63,944 nucleotides of DNA, filler included, from Lenisia limosa (GCA_001655205.1; 13 parts of 13 records of this genome joined end to end with filler, not necessarily neighbours in it); one strand, 5' to 3'; positions 1 to 13,872 are shown, numbered from the whole stretch's first letter. Notes: generated by a model not told the origin, from the letters alone. Numbers and translations are program-made.

Positions 1-535
1 GATTAGGAGACACACAAAGACGCCTTACACTCAAACATCCACCCACCTCAGCCTCAATCTCTTTGATTTTCTAAAGTAATGTGAGAAATAGCCCTTAAAT
101 AACCAAATAACAAACCTCAATGGCACCCATTGTGTCCTTGAACGCTGAGGAAAAACTCAAAAAACAGCAGATGCGAAAAATCTCTTAAATAAATAGTCTG
201 GAAGAAACAAACAAACAAAAAAAATTCAACTAGGTGGTGAAAATGGGCAAAGTGGCAAAGTGGCAAAAACAGTAAAAAATCCTAGGATAAATGCCAGGAA
301 ATAGATGGTGAAGCGGATAGTTGCCATACTCCACACTCCTCGTCCGTTTCCCCTTTTGTGCCTTTTGACACTTTTGATCCAGTTTTAACCTCAAACAAAT
401 TAAATAAACAAAACAAACAAAAAAAATCGCCTCCTACCCCCTGCCCCCCCTCCCACCACGCCAACACAGCCCATCGTAATAACAGTGTCATAACAAAAAT
501 CAAAGTGTGACATAACACCACAACACCACATTCCA

Positions 536-1180
536 ATGGAGGTTGTTGGAATCAAGGATATGCTTTGCGCAGATAATGCTGCATTCATGAATGCATGTAC
601 GGAATTCAACACCTTTCCAGACAGTATACTGAGTACAATGAGAGGACTGGTATGGACCAACATTGAAGGAGAAGAGCAAGTTGAGATTGACCCAGAAAGC
701 GGAAAAACTCGTGAATTGTAGGCGTATTGTTCGAGTAACATTTATGTTGGTTGTGTTGTTTTTTTCTTTTTGCGGTAAAGTCTCATCTGTAACTGATCAA
801 TTTAGTTTTTCAAATGAAAGCTTGGGCCTCTTTATTTACAAACATTACACTCATTTTTTTCGAACAAGTTGGTTGAGACAATGAATGGTGTGTTTTAATA
901 CAATAGACATGTTTGATGACCGCGGATCGGCTCTGGTGTGGGTATTAGCCAAACTGCAGCGCATCGGAATTGAACGGGCCGACGCACAGATTATCGTGAA
1001 GGATCTCCAAACAAAACGAAATAACTTTGTCAAGGTTGGGTGTGTATGGTTTTACTTTTTAGAATTGGCGCAGCCAAAGGAAAATGCGAAACACTCTGCT
1101 GACGACTTTGGCCCCTTGTGCTTTCATTGACCATATTGTTAGCCTCGGGGACATCACAGATAAGCGGCTTCTCTCGGAGC
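536..1180 (+). CDS. Putative small spliced gene, unknown product
   Basis: Coding-like blocks MEVVGIKDML...GKTR (536-715) and DMFDDRG...RNNFVK (about 908-1034), with a possible 28-nt GT-AG intron (1035-1062) leading to NWRSQRKMRN...; no recognisable family. Confidence 0.25.
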
Positions 1181-1247
1181 TAAAAGGCAAGGTCTGAAGG
1201 GCAAATAATATAAATGTCTACTGGCGTGTATACAGATTATATACTAA

Positions 1248-1322
1248 CAGTGAAGGCGATTAGTCCTGACACGATTGACTAAAGATAAAGCTCAATATCC
1301 TCAGGATTTATCGTGGTCAGTG
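1248..1322. mobile_element. Tc1/mariner-type MITE (family D)
   Basis: CAGTGAAGGCGATTAGTCCTGACACGATTG...TTATCGTGGTCAGTG followed by TA; homologous copies at 22549-22624 and 38110-38187. Confidence 0.55.
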
Positions 1323-1769
1323 TATACTTTTTATAATGATATGTGATATATTATACGAAGTATCAATTATTATATTATGATATATGTAGCTATATGCATA
1401 TCATATGTAATAAATAGTAAAATATAATACTCTATCACACCGTCCATATATCTGTGAATTTTCTTCAATCTGTGAATTTATTTGAAATATGCAAAAAAAA
1501 TGCAAAAAAAATATGGCATATAACTAAGAAAATTGTCGTAACACTCTTGTTGCTTATTTGCCTCAGCGTATGGTAAAATGTAAAATATATCAATTATATC
1601 GTCATAAAAATGGGTTAAACCTTTNNNNNNNNNNNNNNNNNNNNNNNNNNNNNNNNNNNNNNNNNNNNNNNNNNNNNNNNNNNNNNNNNNNNNNNNNNNN
1701 NNNNNNNNNNNNNNNNNNNNNNNNNNNNNNNNNNNNNNNNNNNNNNNNNNNNNNNNNNNNNCACTGTAG

Positions 1770-1922
1770 TATATGTGTTATCATATCCACTCATATGATA
1801 ATTGACCGACAAGTCTCAATGACACTCAGGATGAACCCTCGTGTTATCTTCGTTCATCATTTCGACTCGAAAGTCGGTCATATGATCATATCACTAGTGG
1901 ATATCATATGGGTTAACATATG
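1770..1922. repeat. Imperfect ~150-bp palindromic element (family E)
   Basis: Left arm CATATCCACTCATATGATAATTGACCGAC matches the reverse complement of the right arm GTCGGTCATATGATCATATCACTAGTGGATATCATATG; partial reverse copy at about 59565-59635. Confidence 0.55.
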
Positions 1923-3319
1923 ATGTTGAGCCAAATTCGATGAAATTTATACATTGGTGGTCCATGGGTACAACTGCTTATGATAATGTACCCTTCATGT
2001 ATGACAGTTTTTTCTGTTGTTCTTTCGATATTCACCCCCCCCCCAGATCATCATTGACAACACAGTTGCTGCAATCAACGTATGTTATTCTCATATAAAA
2101 AGTATCATTAGTTTTTGTGCTTTTTTTGGGAGAAATCGAGTGAACATTTGATTTGTACAATTGGAGTTGATGTGTTACGACATAGGAGCATGTCATTGAA
2201 CCCGTTCCACCAGAGCTGCCTCGCATTGATGAAACTGTGGGTCCTTGTTCAACGATGTTACAGTTATTCGCGTTTTTGGAACACTTGCAAACGAGTGTCC
2301 TCTTTTATGATTCTGCTTGAAAAAACTGTAGCACTTGGTATGGAACCCAATTGACCTCTGGTGCCATTTTGAGCCATTATTATCACATGTCATCAATCTC
2401 ACTCGAATGACAGTCTAGTTCCTTTTTTTTGTGGCTTTTGCTTTTATTATTGTTATCGTTGTTTGTGTTTCTCTTTTTCTCTTCTTTTCTCATGATAAAG
2501 TTCCAAGCCCCGTATACTGAATCTGTACTCAAGAGGGAAGCGGAGGGTTATGAGGCTTCACCATCTAAGTTGCCCCGAAAAGACCCCGAAGAAACAGGAT
2601 GCGAGAGCTAAAAATGTCAGGTATTCACCGTCGCTCTTGAGTTCTTCCCATGATTGTTGTTATATTTTATGCTTTTATGTTTGTTTAGCCGTCCGTTTCT
2701 TTCTCTTTTATGTTGATTGACAAAGTGGATATTGGTCCAAAACGGGGAACTGATGGGATTTTCAGCTTTATTTAGGCCTACACTAATATATGTACATCTT
2801 ATCTCTCTGCTTCTTACTTGGTGGTAGTTATATGACTGGACAATTTGCAATATGACTTCTTTCTAGGGAGGCAAACAGCCTTCCTAAAAATGATCTATTC
2901 GAAATCAGTGACATTTACAACTACCAAGGATAAGTATACACAAGAACAACGAGAATTGAAAAGCTGACCACCGTCATAGTCGCTATTTGCCCGTTGCGTT
3001 TTGACGGCGAAATCACCATTTCCATTATTGGGAATCGCAATCTGCAACGTCAGAATCATTTCCCTATTGTTTCGCAGCTTAATCAATTTCTTTAGGGGAA
3101 AAACCCCCTCCCAACAGTACATTAGCGTCCAAAGAGCTAACCCCCTCCAACCGTAATAATGTATCCTGGAAAGCACCAGGCTTTTGTGGGGCGAACATAA
3201 GCCATTCAAAGAGACGGAATGATACCGCTCCAATTGCGAAGATGATGAGGTAAACAATTAAGGTACGGCCTGAAAATATAAGAGATTGCTTTGGTTTAAG
3301 ATTAAGTAACCGCTATCCC

Positions 3320-5010
3320 CCTCCCTCACACCAGTATCTGTCATAGTCCAGGAGCAAAGCACATGGAAAAGGCTCAGAACAAGCAAATGGCAGAGCTCAG
3401 AGAGTGACAAGAAGTCAACTTCTCTGATCCCGAGCTAATGGAGTCAGATACAAACGGATCCATCCGTTTGCCTACCCTCAACAAAACAAATACACCAATA
3501 ACGAGTGTCCACGCAATATGCGGCCGAACAAAGTTTGGTGTCATGGTGTAGATGAGAAGTACTGAGGGGTCAGAGAAGTACAGGGGTGGGATGGAGGTTT
3601 CAGATACATAAATTCTTCAGCAGAAAACGAAAACCAACGGATGAGTTTGTACGGTACGTCACTTCCAAACAACAGCGAAAAACTCCAAAAAACATTATGT
3701 TATGTATTATATGCCATTCAACCCATTATGTCTGTTTCTTTTCTTGTATTCTGACCTCAACCTCAACCCTGCCCACATGATCCAAAGAGTGAAACCGTGA
3801 CGGGAGTGCGGGACAAATTCAGCTGGGGCGGCAACTTCACTGGAGAAATAATGCAAAGAATACAATAGGAAGGAAGAGTAAATCTTGCTCACCAGTTCCT
3901 TGTTCTGTAAAATTTGCCCAACAGCACCAACCTCCCTTTAATATGCAGGCCGTGGGTATTGCACAAAATAGGACAGCCAGCAATGATTCGAAAACGTGGT
4001 CCTATTGTGATGTAAGGCCACAGTGCCGAATTATTATCGCATATTAAAAACAAATGAAAACGATCGCTTACCTCATAATATATGAGGTATTCCGCAGTAA
4101 TTGCTTTGAAAGGAAACACAAACCACAACCACGGCTTGTCATATGGCTTTGAGTAGTGGATAAGCTTCACCTAAAGAATGACACCTATCCATTTGCTGAT
4201 ATATTGGCTCATTTAGCCTTGGGGAAACATCAAGATTTCTAGTTGTTTTACCTTCTTATTTGGAGTCTTCCACTTGCCGTAAAATGAATAGTGGTCACTA
4301 AAAGAAATAAAGTCATATCATTGCGGTTTATTTGCAAGCAGCAATTCTCACCTATTCGCGTTATATTGGAAAGGTATCCTTTGGGGGTGGTCATTTTCTT
4401 GTTCTTGCGTCTCAACGAACTCTCTATTATTGCGCTAAATGCGAAATTAATACCAATCTTGGCAGGAAAGATTAAAACACAAAAGAAGAGCAGAGAGTGA
4501 AGGAAGGGAGCTTCATCATCATTTCCATTGATATTCACACTGCACATCTCAACCCACCATTTCTGGTCCATAATAAAGGTTCAGGAGTGTCTGTTCTCCC
4601 ATTGCATCAATTTTGTCAGGATTGTCCTCAATAAACTTCATAAGAGAATCACTGGTAGGGTGAGAAATCATACCAAAGGGCGGAAAATCGATAAGTACCT
4701 CCCCCCACAATTCCATAAGAGAAGGCTGTATGATAAGTACCCCTCCATTGAAGTGAAGGGGAGACGACATCGCCGCACAAAACGGTCCGCATTTGAACAG
4801 CTCGTCCTTTGGGGATGAGAACAGTCAGGATATCCTGGCTTTTTCGCATGACAAATCACTTCCTGCAGTAGCATACCACGTTGTCGGTCACCAGAATATC
4901 CGCGTCTAAAAAGACAATTCTTCGATATTCGATTTGCTGCCAAAATCGAAGTTTCTACACAATCAACAATGCAAAGCAAACAATATCTCAGACATAAAGG
5001 TAACTTCCTA
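3320..5010 (+). pseudogene. Decayed coding-like sequence, possibly a transposon remnant
   Basis: Protein-like stretches (ICHSPGAKHMEKAQ..., KRIHPFAYPQQNKY...KVWCHG, CPHDPKSETVTGVRDKFSWGG, VRIVLNKLHKRITGRVRNH...) broken by stops and frameshifts; no family recognised. Confidence 0.2.
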
Positions 5011-6375
5011 AAATGAGAACTCCACCTCACAGTAAAGACAAATTTGAATCTTGACTCAGCGTTGGCATAAGGGTGTGCAATGGGTTCAACCTCTTTTACC
5101 TGTATTGTGAAAATGCTTTCTCAAAAGAGATGGACACTGAGCAAAAAAGAGAAAATGGATCAATTGATCGACAATGTCAAGAACACCCTATTATAAAAAT
5201 AAAGGCGAAGCCGACACAGCCCCACGTGTTGAGAGATACTGATAACTGAATTTCACTGTGAGACTTAAACATATTATATAGTGAATTCCCCTCACAATCC
5301 ATCCGCTTGAAACGGCAGTCTCTCTGTCTGTCTCGGACACATCAGGGGTGACAAGCAGCTAAATTGATACTGTCATTGGAGGACTCATTTGAAAGACCAA
5401 TAACCTCCTGAAAACAAGCAAGAAATAGTAAAGTGGTAAAGATACACAGTGTCAATAAATATAAAAATGTAAGTAATTCCGACCCGGTAACCAGGCGTAC
5501 CAAAAGATCCCGCGTAGTGTTAGTCGCTTTGATGGCCTTCCCCATTATGCGAATTGCTGAGGTGGATGAATAAAAAAAAACCAGGAAATGGCTCTACCAT
5601 AATCTCACATAACAAATGGATTGCTTACCTTCGCCAAGACCAGACCCATAGTACAATGTGGCATAAGCTTCTTTTGTACCCGAGACTTTCGGTGAAATGG
5701 GGGCGTTGCCTGAGGTAATGGTTTGATTAGAATTGCAATGTAGTGGATTGGGCAACACTAGTTGAATGAGATGTGTTTCAAGCAACTTTCACACAATACA
5801 AGGGGTTAAAGAGACATAATACGTTAATATTTCGAGCTCTACTGTAAAAAATAAATAATAAAAAAAAATAATAAAAACCCTCAACTTTCAAAATGCAGAT
5901 TCGTCTGAAAACAGTAGGATTTGGAAATACAAGACCCCACCTGTTGAAACAGAGATAGCACTCAATAAAATAAGCAGTGCAACCACCCAGAAAGTCTTCA
6001 TTGTATTCAACCTTTCGAAGGAATGACCCTTTTCCAGCCCTTTTCAGATGAAATCTATGGCCAGGGTTAAAAACCTAAGGACAAAAAAAGGAGTAGGGAA
6101 GGGGGGCAAGCTACCAATAAGTGTCCATATGTAAACGGTTTATTCTTCGTCTTTTATACAATTTTAAGGAAGAGGGCTGCAGGATCTCAGGGGGGAAGCA
6201 AGGCAAATAAAAATGCCGCCGCCGTATTTTGTATTTCAGCGAAAAGAAATAGCACACCCATCTCTTCCTTTCCTAGTTCTGAAATTGTCTAAAAACTAAC
6301 GTAGTCAACATTATTACAAAGATTTGTTCGATAGAGCTGGTATGTAAACAGAGTTCATTTGTAGTTTGCGTGTAG

Positions 6376-7350
6376 CATGCAGCTAACTGACTTCATTGTT
6401 GCTTCTAAGCTTAAAGAGCTTACAGAAGCAGATCTGGCCAACCTTGACAAGCAGATTGTTGGTCCCCTCCTCCTTTGTTTTATTCCACAGGATTCGCTCG
6501 AGCTAAACACAGCATTATTCATTCGTGAGGCCTGTCGTGTGGGCTCAGAAGATGTCACTGCAAGTGTTGAAGAATGCAGCGGGGTATGTGGGCTTGTCCT
6601 TCTTGGGTTTTCAGTGAACAATGGACCTGATAGAACTGTCTCGTTATCCTCTTCGCTTCTCAATCAGCATCTCTTATTAGCAGGATGATGCGAACTATAC
6701 TGTTTATTTCTCATTCCTATTGATATTGCACAGACAGTAGAGTCCGCCTTTGTGCACATAGCCTCCCTGATGACGCTTGGCATGGCGGGGGCGNNNNNNN
6801 NNNNNNNNNNNNNNNNNNNNNNNNNNNNNNNNNNNNNNNNNNNNNNNNNNNNNNNNNNNNNNNNNNNNNNNNNNNNNNNNNNNNNNNNNNNNNNNNNNNN
6901 NNNNNNNNNNNNNNNNNNNNNNNNNNNNNNNNNNNNNNNNNNNNNNNNNNNNNNNNNNNNNNNNNNNNNNNNNNNNNNNNNNNNNNNNNNNNNNNNNNNN
7001 NNNNNNNNNNNNNNNNNNNNNNNNNNNNNNNNNNNNCCAGTAGCCCAAGACGCCATTGTGAACATCTTTACCTCAGGTCTCCACTGCAAAATCACTGACG
7101 TGACAGTATGCCGGGTTGGGAGTCTTGGATGGGCTGTAATGCCGGGCTGGGAGTCTTGGATGGGCTGTAAAGTGGTGAATTGATGCAAAATTCTGCTTTC
7201 AACCTTGATTATTAGTATGAATCCGTTGGATTCTGGTTACAATGACACCTCAGGTCGACAACCTCATGGATTGGTTCCACAACAGACATGAGCACAAGTT
7301 AACGGGCAAGGTGCCGAAATCCGAACTTGTCATCCCACAGGTTTGCCCTT
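6376..7350 (+). CDS. Putative multi-exon gene fragment, unknown product
   Basis: Exon-like blocks MQLTDFIVASKLKELTEADLANLDKQI, DSLELNTALFIREACRVGSEDVTASVEECSG and VDNLMDWFHNRHEHKLTGKVPKSELVIPQ, bounded by GT/AG. Confidence 0.3.
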
Positions 7351-7724
7351 GCTTCTTTCGCCTTACTTTTATCAATCCTCTCTATAATTGCCTTCTTTGC
7401 GTAACTCTACTCATCTTTAACAGTCCACCCCCAAGTTTGAATACAAGCAAGGTTCCCTATTTTTATAACTCCGCCCTCATCTCACCTCTCAGACAATCGG
7501 CGCGCTTGGTGTCAAATCTCTGGAAGCAGCCCTAAAAAAACAGGCCAATGTAGGCATACCAATATTGTACTTCTTAGAAACTGGTAGATCATCGTAGCAA
7601 CACTATGGTTAAATTGCACTTTCACATTATCGCTTCTCATCATTCAGATCTCAAGCGTGAACAAACAGCACAGCCGCATTTGTACTGTTGTTGATATGAT
7701 CGAACCCAAAAGCGTTGAAAGTGG

Positions 7725-7945
7725 GGATGGTGCTTGGTCGAGGGTTGTTGTGTTGGTGCTTGGTCGAGGGTTGTTGTGATGGTGCTTGTCGAGGGTTGTT
7801 GTGTTGGTGCTTGNNNNNNNNNNNNNNNNNNNNNNNNNNNNNNNNNNNNNNNNNNNNNNNNNNNNNNNNNNNNNNNNNNNNNNNNNNNNNNNNNNNNNNN
7901 NNNNNNNNNNNNNNNGTTGGTGCTTGGTCGAGGGTTGTTGTGTTG
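7725..7945. repeat. 26-bp tandem repeat spanning a gap
   Basis: Unit GGTGCTTGGTCGAGGGTTGTTGTGTT on both sides of the N-run. Confidence 0.85.
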
Positions 7946-8679
7946 GATTTTAAAAAAATATGATATGTAATGAGGTTTATGTTCAACGTTCGCCTCACCA
8001 GTCAAGATCCTGAAGTGTTTATTTCGCCACTGAACGCACAACTCTCGATCCAGGAGTATTGTGACGTTTTATGGCTCTCTGTGGCCCTTCGACTTGTCCA
8101 ACTTCCGGATAAGGAGTCCAGGAGGCAACTCAGACAGTGGGCATCATACTCATTGTTACAGTATAATCCTAAACTACTAATACTCAGTTCTTTCAGCTCT
8201 GCTCTTTTATTCAGTGTGATTCTCCACACAGCAATTGTATTTATTGTTGAAGTTCGTGTAGTAATGGATAATGTTGATGTTTGGGGCCCAGAAGGCTCGG
8301 TTCAACAGCAATACATAACGCCATTATTCCCCATTGTACACCCCATTCCCAGGTTGATTATCCTTATCACCCCCCCCCCCCCCCNNNNNNNNNNNNNNNN
8401 NNNNNNNNNNNNNNNNNNNNNNNNNNNNNNNNNNNNNNNNNNNNNNNNNNNNNNNNNNNNNNNNNNNNNNNNNNNNNNNNNNNNNNNNNNNNNNNNNNNN
8501 NNAACCTCGAAATTGAGGTGCGCTGCCTTTGCGTATCATATCTATATCGTGCTGTAAAAATATCAAAACCTGAGATAGGGGGTGGACAGCTCAGGTTATT
8601 TGTACATCGAAATTTCCTTCGTTTTACTGTACACTGGAGTAATGGGATGCGGTGCTGNNNNNNNNNNCTCCGGGCTTTC

Positions 8680-8736
8680 AATTAGCGGGGGAACTAAAAA
8701 GAAATTGGGTGTTTATCTAAAGCTAAATAACGGCGA

Positions 8737-8770
<34 letters not shown>

Positions 8771-9070
8771 ATGAAAAGAACTTTGAAAAGAGAGTTAAAA
8801 GTACCTGAAATTGTTAGCAGGGAGCGAAGGAACCCAGTCTAGCCTTAGGCTTAGGCGGTGGCTTCTGTCGTGGTATGGTCTGGAGTTAGCGGTGTTATGC
8901 CGTGGCTTGGGCTGCATATGGAAGTATGTCACTGTTTTGCCTGTTGGCGGGTCAGTATGGGTTTCGGTCTATCGATAAGCACTGGTCGGAAGGTGGCCTG
9001 GTTGAGTCTTTATGGTCTTACTGGGTGTTATAGCCAAGGAGATTGGACTGTGACTGAGGCGCTAGCACGG
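8680..9070 (+). rRNA. Dispersed, internally deleted 28S (LSU) rRNA fragment, D1-D2 region; probable pseudogene
   Basis: CTAAAGCTAAATA-CGGCGAGAGACCGATAGCGAACAAGTACCGTGAGGGAAAGATGAAAAGAACTTTGAAAAGAGAGTTAAA is the conserved eukaryotic LSU core between D1 and D2; D2-like sequence follows (GGCGGGTCAG...GGAAGGTGGC...TGTTATAGCC...GACTGAGG); no 18S/5.8S nearby. Confidence 0.85.
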
Positions 9071-9653
9071 TCTAGCTTTGTGGAATGCTTCATGAACATG
9101 TTACTCACCATTATTCTTATTTTGCTAAATTTTTGTTGAAAACACAGGCCATCAATGAGGAAGAATTCACCGCTAATGTCGAAGAATCTGCTGCCGACCA
9201 TTTCAAATGGAAGCCTGGTAAGAATTAACATGGGATGACCTTTTTGAAACAAAATGTCTATTCGTAAGCTGTGATCATTCAAGCCCTTGGTGTTGTTTTC
9301 TGATGTTATAGGGATGGAGCTGGGAGTGTCCTTGAAGAAGCCTTCAGGTTAGTGGGGATTCTTGATGCTGCTTCAACTATCCCCTTCTCACACTACAGCC
9401 CCTGTTATCGATGATGGAAACAAACCACAGGTAGGCGGTATGTACTTTGGTCCTTTACCACTATGGAGTACTCTTAGTGCTGTTTTCACAACTCCTGTTT
9501 GATATAATAATACCTTTGCCATTTTGTGCTTCTTTGCCAAAAAATATAAATATAATATACACAGCATTCTACGTTACAAACCTTTCTTCCTACATCCCTT
9601 GACCCCCCTCCTTGACACCTCCTTGACACCTTTAGTCGGCTTTGGCGTCGATG

Positions 9654-12600
9654 TTGAATGCCAACGCCGACGGCGGATGGGGCACCTGCAGCGAAGGAAG
9701 TGACAACGAATATGAGGAGGATGTGGGGGGGGGGGGCAATACATCTAAGGATTACGAAAAGTACGTTATGCTTATCCCTTCTTTATGAAATGGTTTTGGT
9801 TCCTTTAACCCTCGGCCAGGACGGCTCGGAGCCCTCTGATGTTGACGAGTCGGAGGTGGACGATACGCAAGACCCCAACTGGGACCCTGGCAGTGAGATC
9901 GATGAAGAAATGGACGCTGAGGTCAAACGACAGGCTAACGGTAGGGATGTATTTCATATCATATAGGTAGTGCTTCACTTCGGTAAGAATGGTGAATATC
10001 GATTGTTTTCGAGGATTAATCGAGAAGTTCAGTCTTTTTCAAAACCAAAGTGAAGCCCTACATCAAGAGATGAGAAATAAAACAAGTCGAAGGAGTCTAC
10101 ATTATCACGCTTCAGAGATATTGGACTATAGTGTGATAGTAATTCACCCAATCATCTGCCAAGTGACTGGCCAGTGGTGGCGGTATAGTATACATTGTGA
10201 CATCTGAGACTTAACTGGTTCAGCCGGACGAGAAATGATCACTTCGCTCCTCAACGACGACTACAACAGCGATGAAGAAAGTGATGTATCCGTACACTTC
10301 AGCGACGGTACCAGTCGTAGGGGGGGGGGGGATACCTGGTGTTTTCCTATGGTCCCGAAAAGACTGAATATTGGATAAATATCGATATTTTACTGGTCTT
10401 TTTCGGACCTTTGGGAAGCCATACTAATAGAGTTGTCCCATGTTTTGCCTTGTGCTTTTGACCCAGTCTAGAGGAAAGTGACGTTTCCAACGTTGGCGGC
10501 GGTAATGTCGAGGATGAGAAGGAGGAAAAGCCGAAGAAGAAGAAGGAAAAGAAGATGAAAGGAAAGGGGAAGCCTGTTAAAGATGGTAAGGAGATGGTTT
10601 CACTAAAACAGTTTGATGCGGCAGTTACTCCCTCTTGCTCTTGTGTCAATTAAGCATTCTTAAATCTTTGTCTTTTCTTTGGATTTACTGTTGCTCTGCC
10701 CGAACCCCACTCACCCCACCCCACCCCCAGAACCGAAACACAAGCCATCGGAGGTTGCAGCCCTGCTGTTAAATGGTGACGATCTTGACGATGACTCTGA
10801 TCGCAGCGTTCACCTCTCTCACTGCAGCGACTCTGGTTTGCTACAATAAATCAGGGTAGTACCAGGCTACACTGTTTCTTTGGGATACTGAATTATGTCA
10901 CTAATTCATCCAAGCATTTACTTTTTAACTCCTTGTACACAGCTTTTTATGTTACCTTGTAGTGTATTCTATTTGATTATATTAACATATCAGAGCTAAT
11001 ATTATATGTTGAAAGTCATTACAGAGAGTAGTACACTCTGATTTGCTTAATGCAATAGTTCAAATAGTATCGTGTCTAAGTATGATCAAAGCCGCAACTT
11101 AAACCAAAAGACTACCTCTACCCAGCTTTCAAGTCCACTGTTGTGTATGTTTTGCAGTAACAGTAGCAGAATCGGATAAAGAAAAGGATGCCGCCAATTG
11201 CAACGACGATGATGAGACAAGCGAACGTGAGAAACTGAAACTGCTATTCTCTTGTCATGCAATATGGAAAACTATAACCCCTCAGAAGAGTCAAAGGCGA
11301 ACTTTGCCAGCATGCTGCTTGCTGGAGACGATCTTGACGACGGATCCGATCGCAGCATGCACCTCTCNNNNNNNNNNNNNNNNNNNNNNNNNNNNNNNNN
11401 NNNNNNNNNNNNNNNNNNNNNNNNNNNNNNNNNNNNNNNNNNNNNNNNNNNNNNNNNNNNNNNNNNNNNNNNNNNNNNNNNNNNNNNNNNNNNNNNNNNN
11501 NNNNNNNNNNNNNNNNNNNNNNNNNNNNNNNNNNNNNNNNNNNNNNNNNNNNNNNNNATTCAGGATCCGGGTCTGAGAATGAAGACGGCTCCGGATCAGA
11601 AGATGATGACGACAATGAATCTGGTAAGCTTAGTAACTCTTATCAAAATGCTCCGTACTGAACTGACCATCCATAGCCCCCCAACACAAACCATCGGAAG
11701 TAGCCAGCATGCTGCTTGCTGGAGACGATCTTGACGATGGGTCCGACCGCAGCATGCACCTCTCTGAGTGCGACGAGTCTGAGAAAGAACGTGGGTGCCG
11801 CCTCGGATAATCATTTCAATTGCGTTTCTTAAAATTGACACCCAACATGACGTTTGCCTATCTTATCATTGACACCCAACATGACGTTTGCCTATCTTAT
11901 CACTTCAGCTGCGGATGACGGAATTACCAAAATGGACGATGATGAGAACAGCAACGATGACAGTGGAGATAACTCCGACAGTTCCGAAATTAGTTCTGAT
12001 AGTTCCGAAATGTCTTCCGATTCCGACTTAAGTTCCGACACGGAGTCCTCTGATTCCGATGATGCTCCTGCATCAAAACGCGTTCACACCAAGCCAAAGC
12101 CGCGCAAGACTCCTGTTAAGTCCCCCCTACCTGTCACGCCATCCACACCATCAAGACGCTCATTGCGTAAAATGACCCCCGAGGCTCCCGTCTTCCCCGT
12201 CGACGCGCTGCCGGCGCGCAAAACCGGGCCCTCGCGTTACGCCCTCCTTGCGTCCGAGGGGGGGATGCTAGAAGAGGACGACGGAAACGAATCGGATGCT
12301 TATGTTGGCTCGGATGATGAAGCTCGGAAGTCCTTTGTCATCGAGTCGGAATGTGCTGCTAGCAACTTACCACCTCCACTGNNNNNNNNNNNNNNNNNNN
12401 NNNNNNNNNNNNNNNNNNNNNNNNNNNNNNNNNNNNNNNNNNNNNNNNNNNNNNNNNAAATCCGATGATGAAGAGGGAGAAGCACCCCCAGGAATCAAGG
12501 TATTTAGTGGTTTAAGCTATCGTCCACATTACCAATACAAGAAAAAGAAAGTGCCCGGCTGCATTTCCCCGTTTTTTTCACCCTCAAGGCTGAGCCACAC

Positions 12601-13872
12601 AGCGAAACCGACGAAGAGGTGTTTGACTGCCAAAAGGTGGGGGGAGAAGTAGAACCAAATTATTGGTCATGACAGTGTAAGACTCCTTTTGGCCATCCTA
12701 ACCCAATTTGGGCTTTTTTGTTTCATAAATTTTCCAATTTTACTCCCCCACAGCCGAAGCCACTGGTTCAACCGACAATCCCATTTGCCCTTCGATTCAA
12801 CGAGCCGCTTTCCCACCACAAAAGACGCGAACTCAGGGAGGCTGAAATTGCGGAAAGCGTTTGGGGGCTTGCAAGGGGTGTTGGAAGGACTGAATTGTAT
12901 TTCATTGCGGATGGACTGCTGTTCGTGTCAGTTTTGTTAATTGGATTGCGTGCATATTTAAACAAGTTATTGATGGCTTTTCCACTCATATGAATAGGGT
13001 TCCTTTATCCGATCCCCACCCGTTTCTCCAAGTAGAAGACCGCAAAGAAAAGCCAATAAGTTCAACGCGGAAGAGGTGAGATAACGACGGCTTTTTAGGG
13101 GGAGGGGCAAAGAAGGCATTTACGCTTGTAGAAGGAAAGTATCCGAAATGAGTTCTTCAAACCTCGCAAGCGGCCGAGCGAAGGTTTGGGAGGAGCAATA
13201 ACAAGGTGTATGTGGAAGAGGAGAGGGGGGTAGAGAAATCTTTAAGTTGGATTCTCATGGAATATTACAAAACGAATGGTAACTCAAAGTAACTCTCCGA
13301 TATCTCTGACCGTGTAGATGAGGAGAGTGCTCCCCCTTCCACACCCGGACTCACGTTGAAACTCACTCTTCCGTCAGAATCTGCGGTGGGGATGCGTACT
13401 CAGTTACCCCATAAAACTAGGGAGGAAATGAAGTCTTTTGGACTGGTCATATTAGTACTACCGGGCCATAGACTTCATTGTCTCCCTAGCTTTATGGGCA
13501 CAATGGAGCTATCAATGGTGCTATTAGTGTATTGTTTTGAGTATACTGGAGAGGCACGCAGAAAGCTGTATGCGCAGATTGTAAGGCAAATGATTGGTGA
13601 ATTAATATTATTCTATAATTTAATATCTCTTATAAGCGTGATGGTGGACGGCTTCGGCCAGATACAACCTTGTTTTTTTTTCTCATTGCTACACATATCG
13701 ATGTCATATTTATTATTTTGGGAACCTGGTTTGTAGTAACGAATATGAGGGGGGNNNNNNNNNNNNNNNNNNNNNNNNNNNNNNNNNNNNNNNNNNNNNN
13801 NNNNNNNNNNNNNNNNNNNNNGCCTTTAGCCGAAAAAGCCGAAGAAAGCCGGACCGGGCAGGAAGCCAAGAA
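9654..13872 (+). CDS. Multi-exon acidic/serine-rich low-complexity protein with Lys-rich patches and a repeated exon module
   Basis: GT-AG exons at 9820-9940, 10224-10307, 10472-10585, 10731-10835, 11286-gap, 11677-11790, 11909-gap, 12754-12859 and others splice in frame; motif LL(A/N)GDDLDD(G/D)SDRS(M/V)HLS occurs three times. Confidence 0.7.
9968..10060. mobile_element. hAT-type MITE (family A), intronic
   Basis: Degenerate TIR TAG(G/T)GCTTCACTTCGG...AAGTGAAGCCCTA with an internal ATCGA-rich palindrome; a second copy at 10337-10423. Confidence 0.65.
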
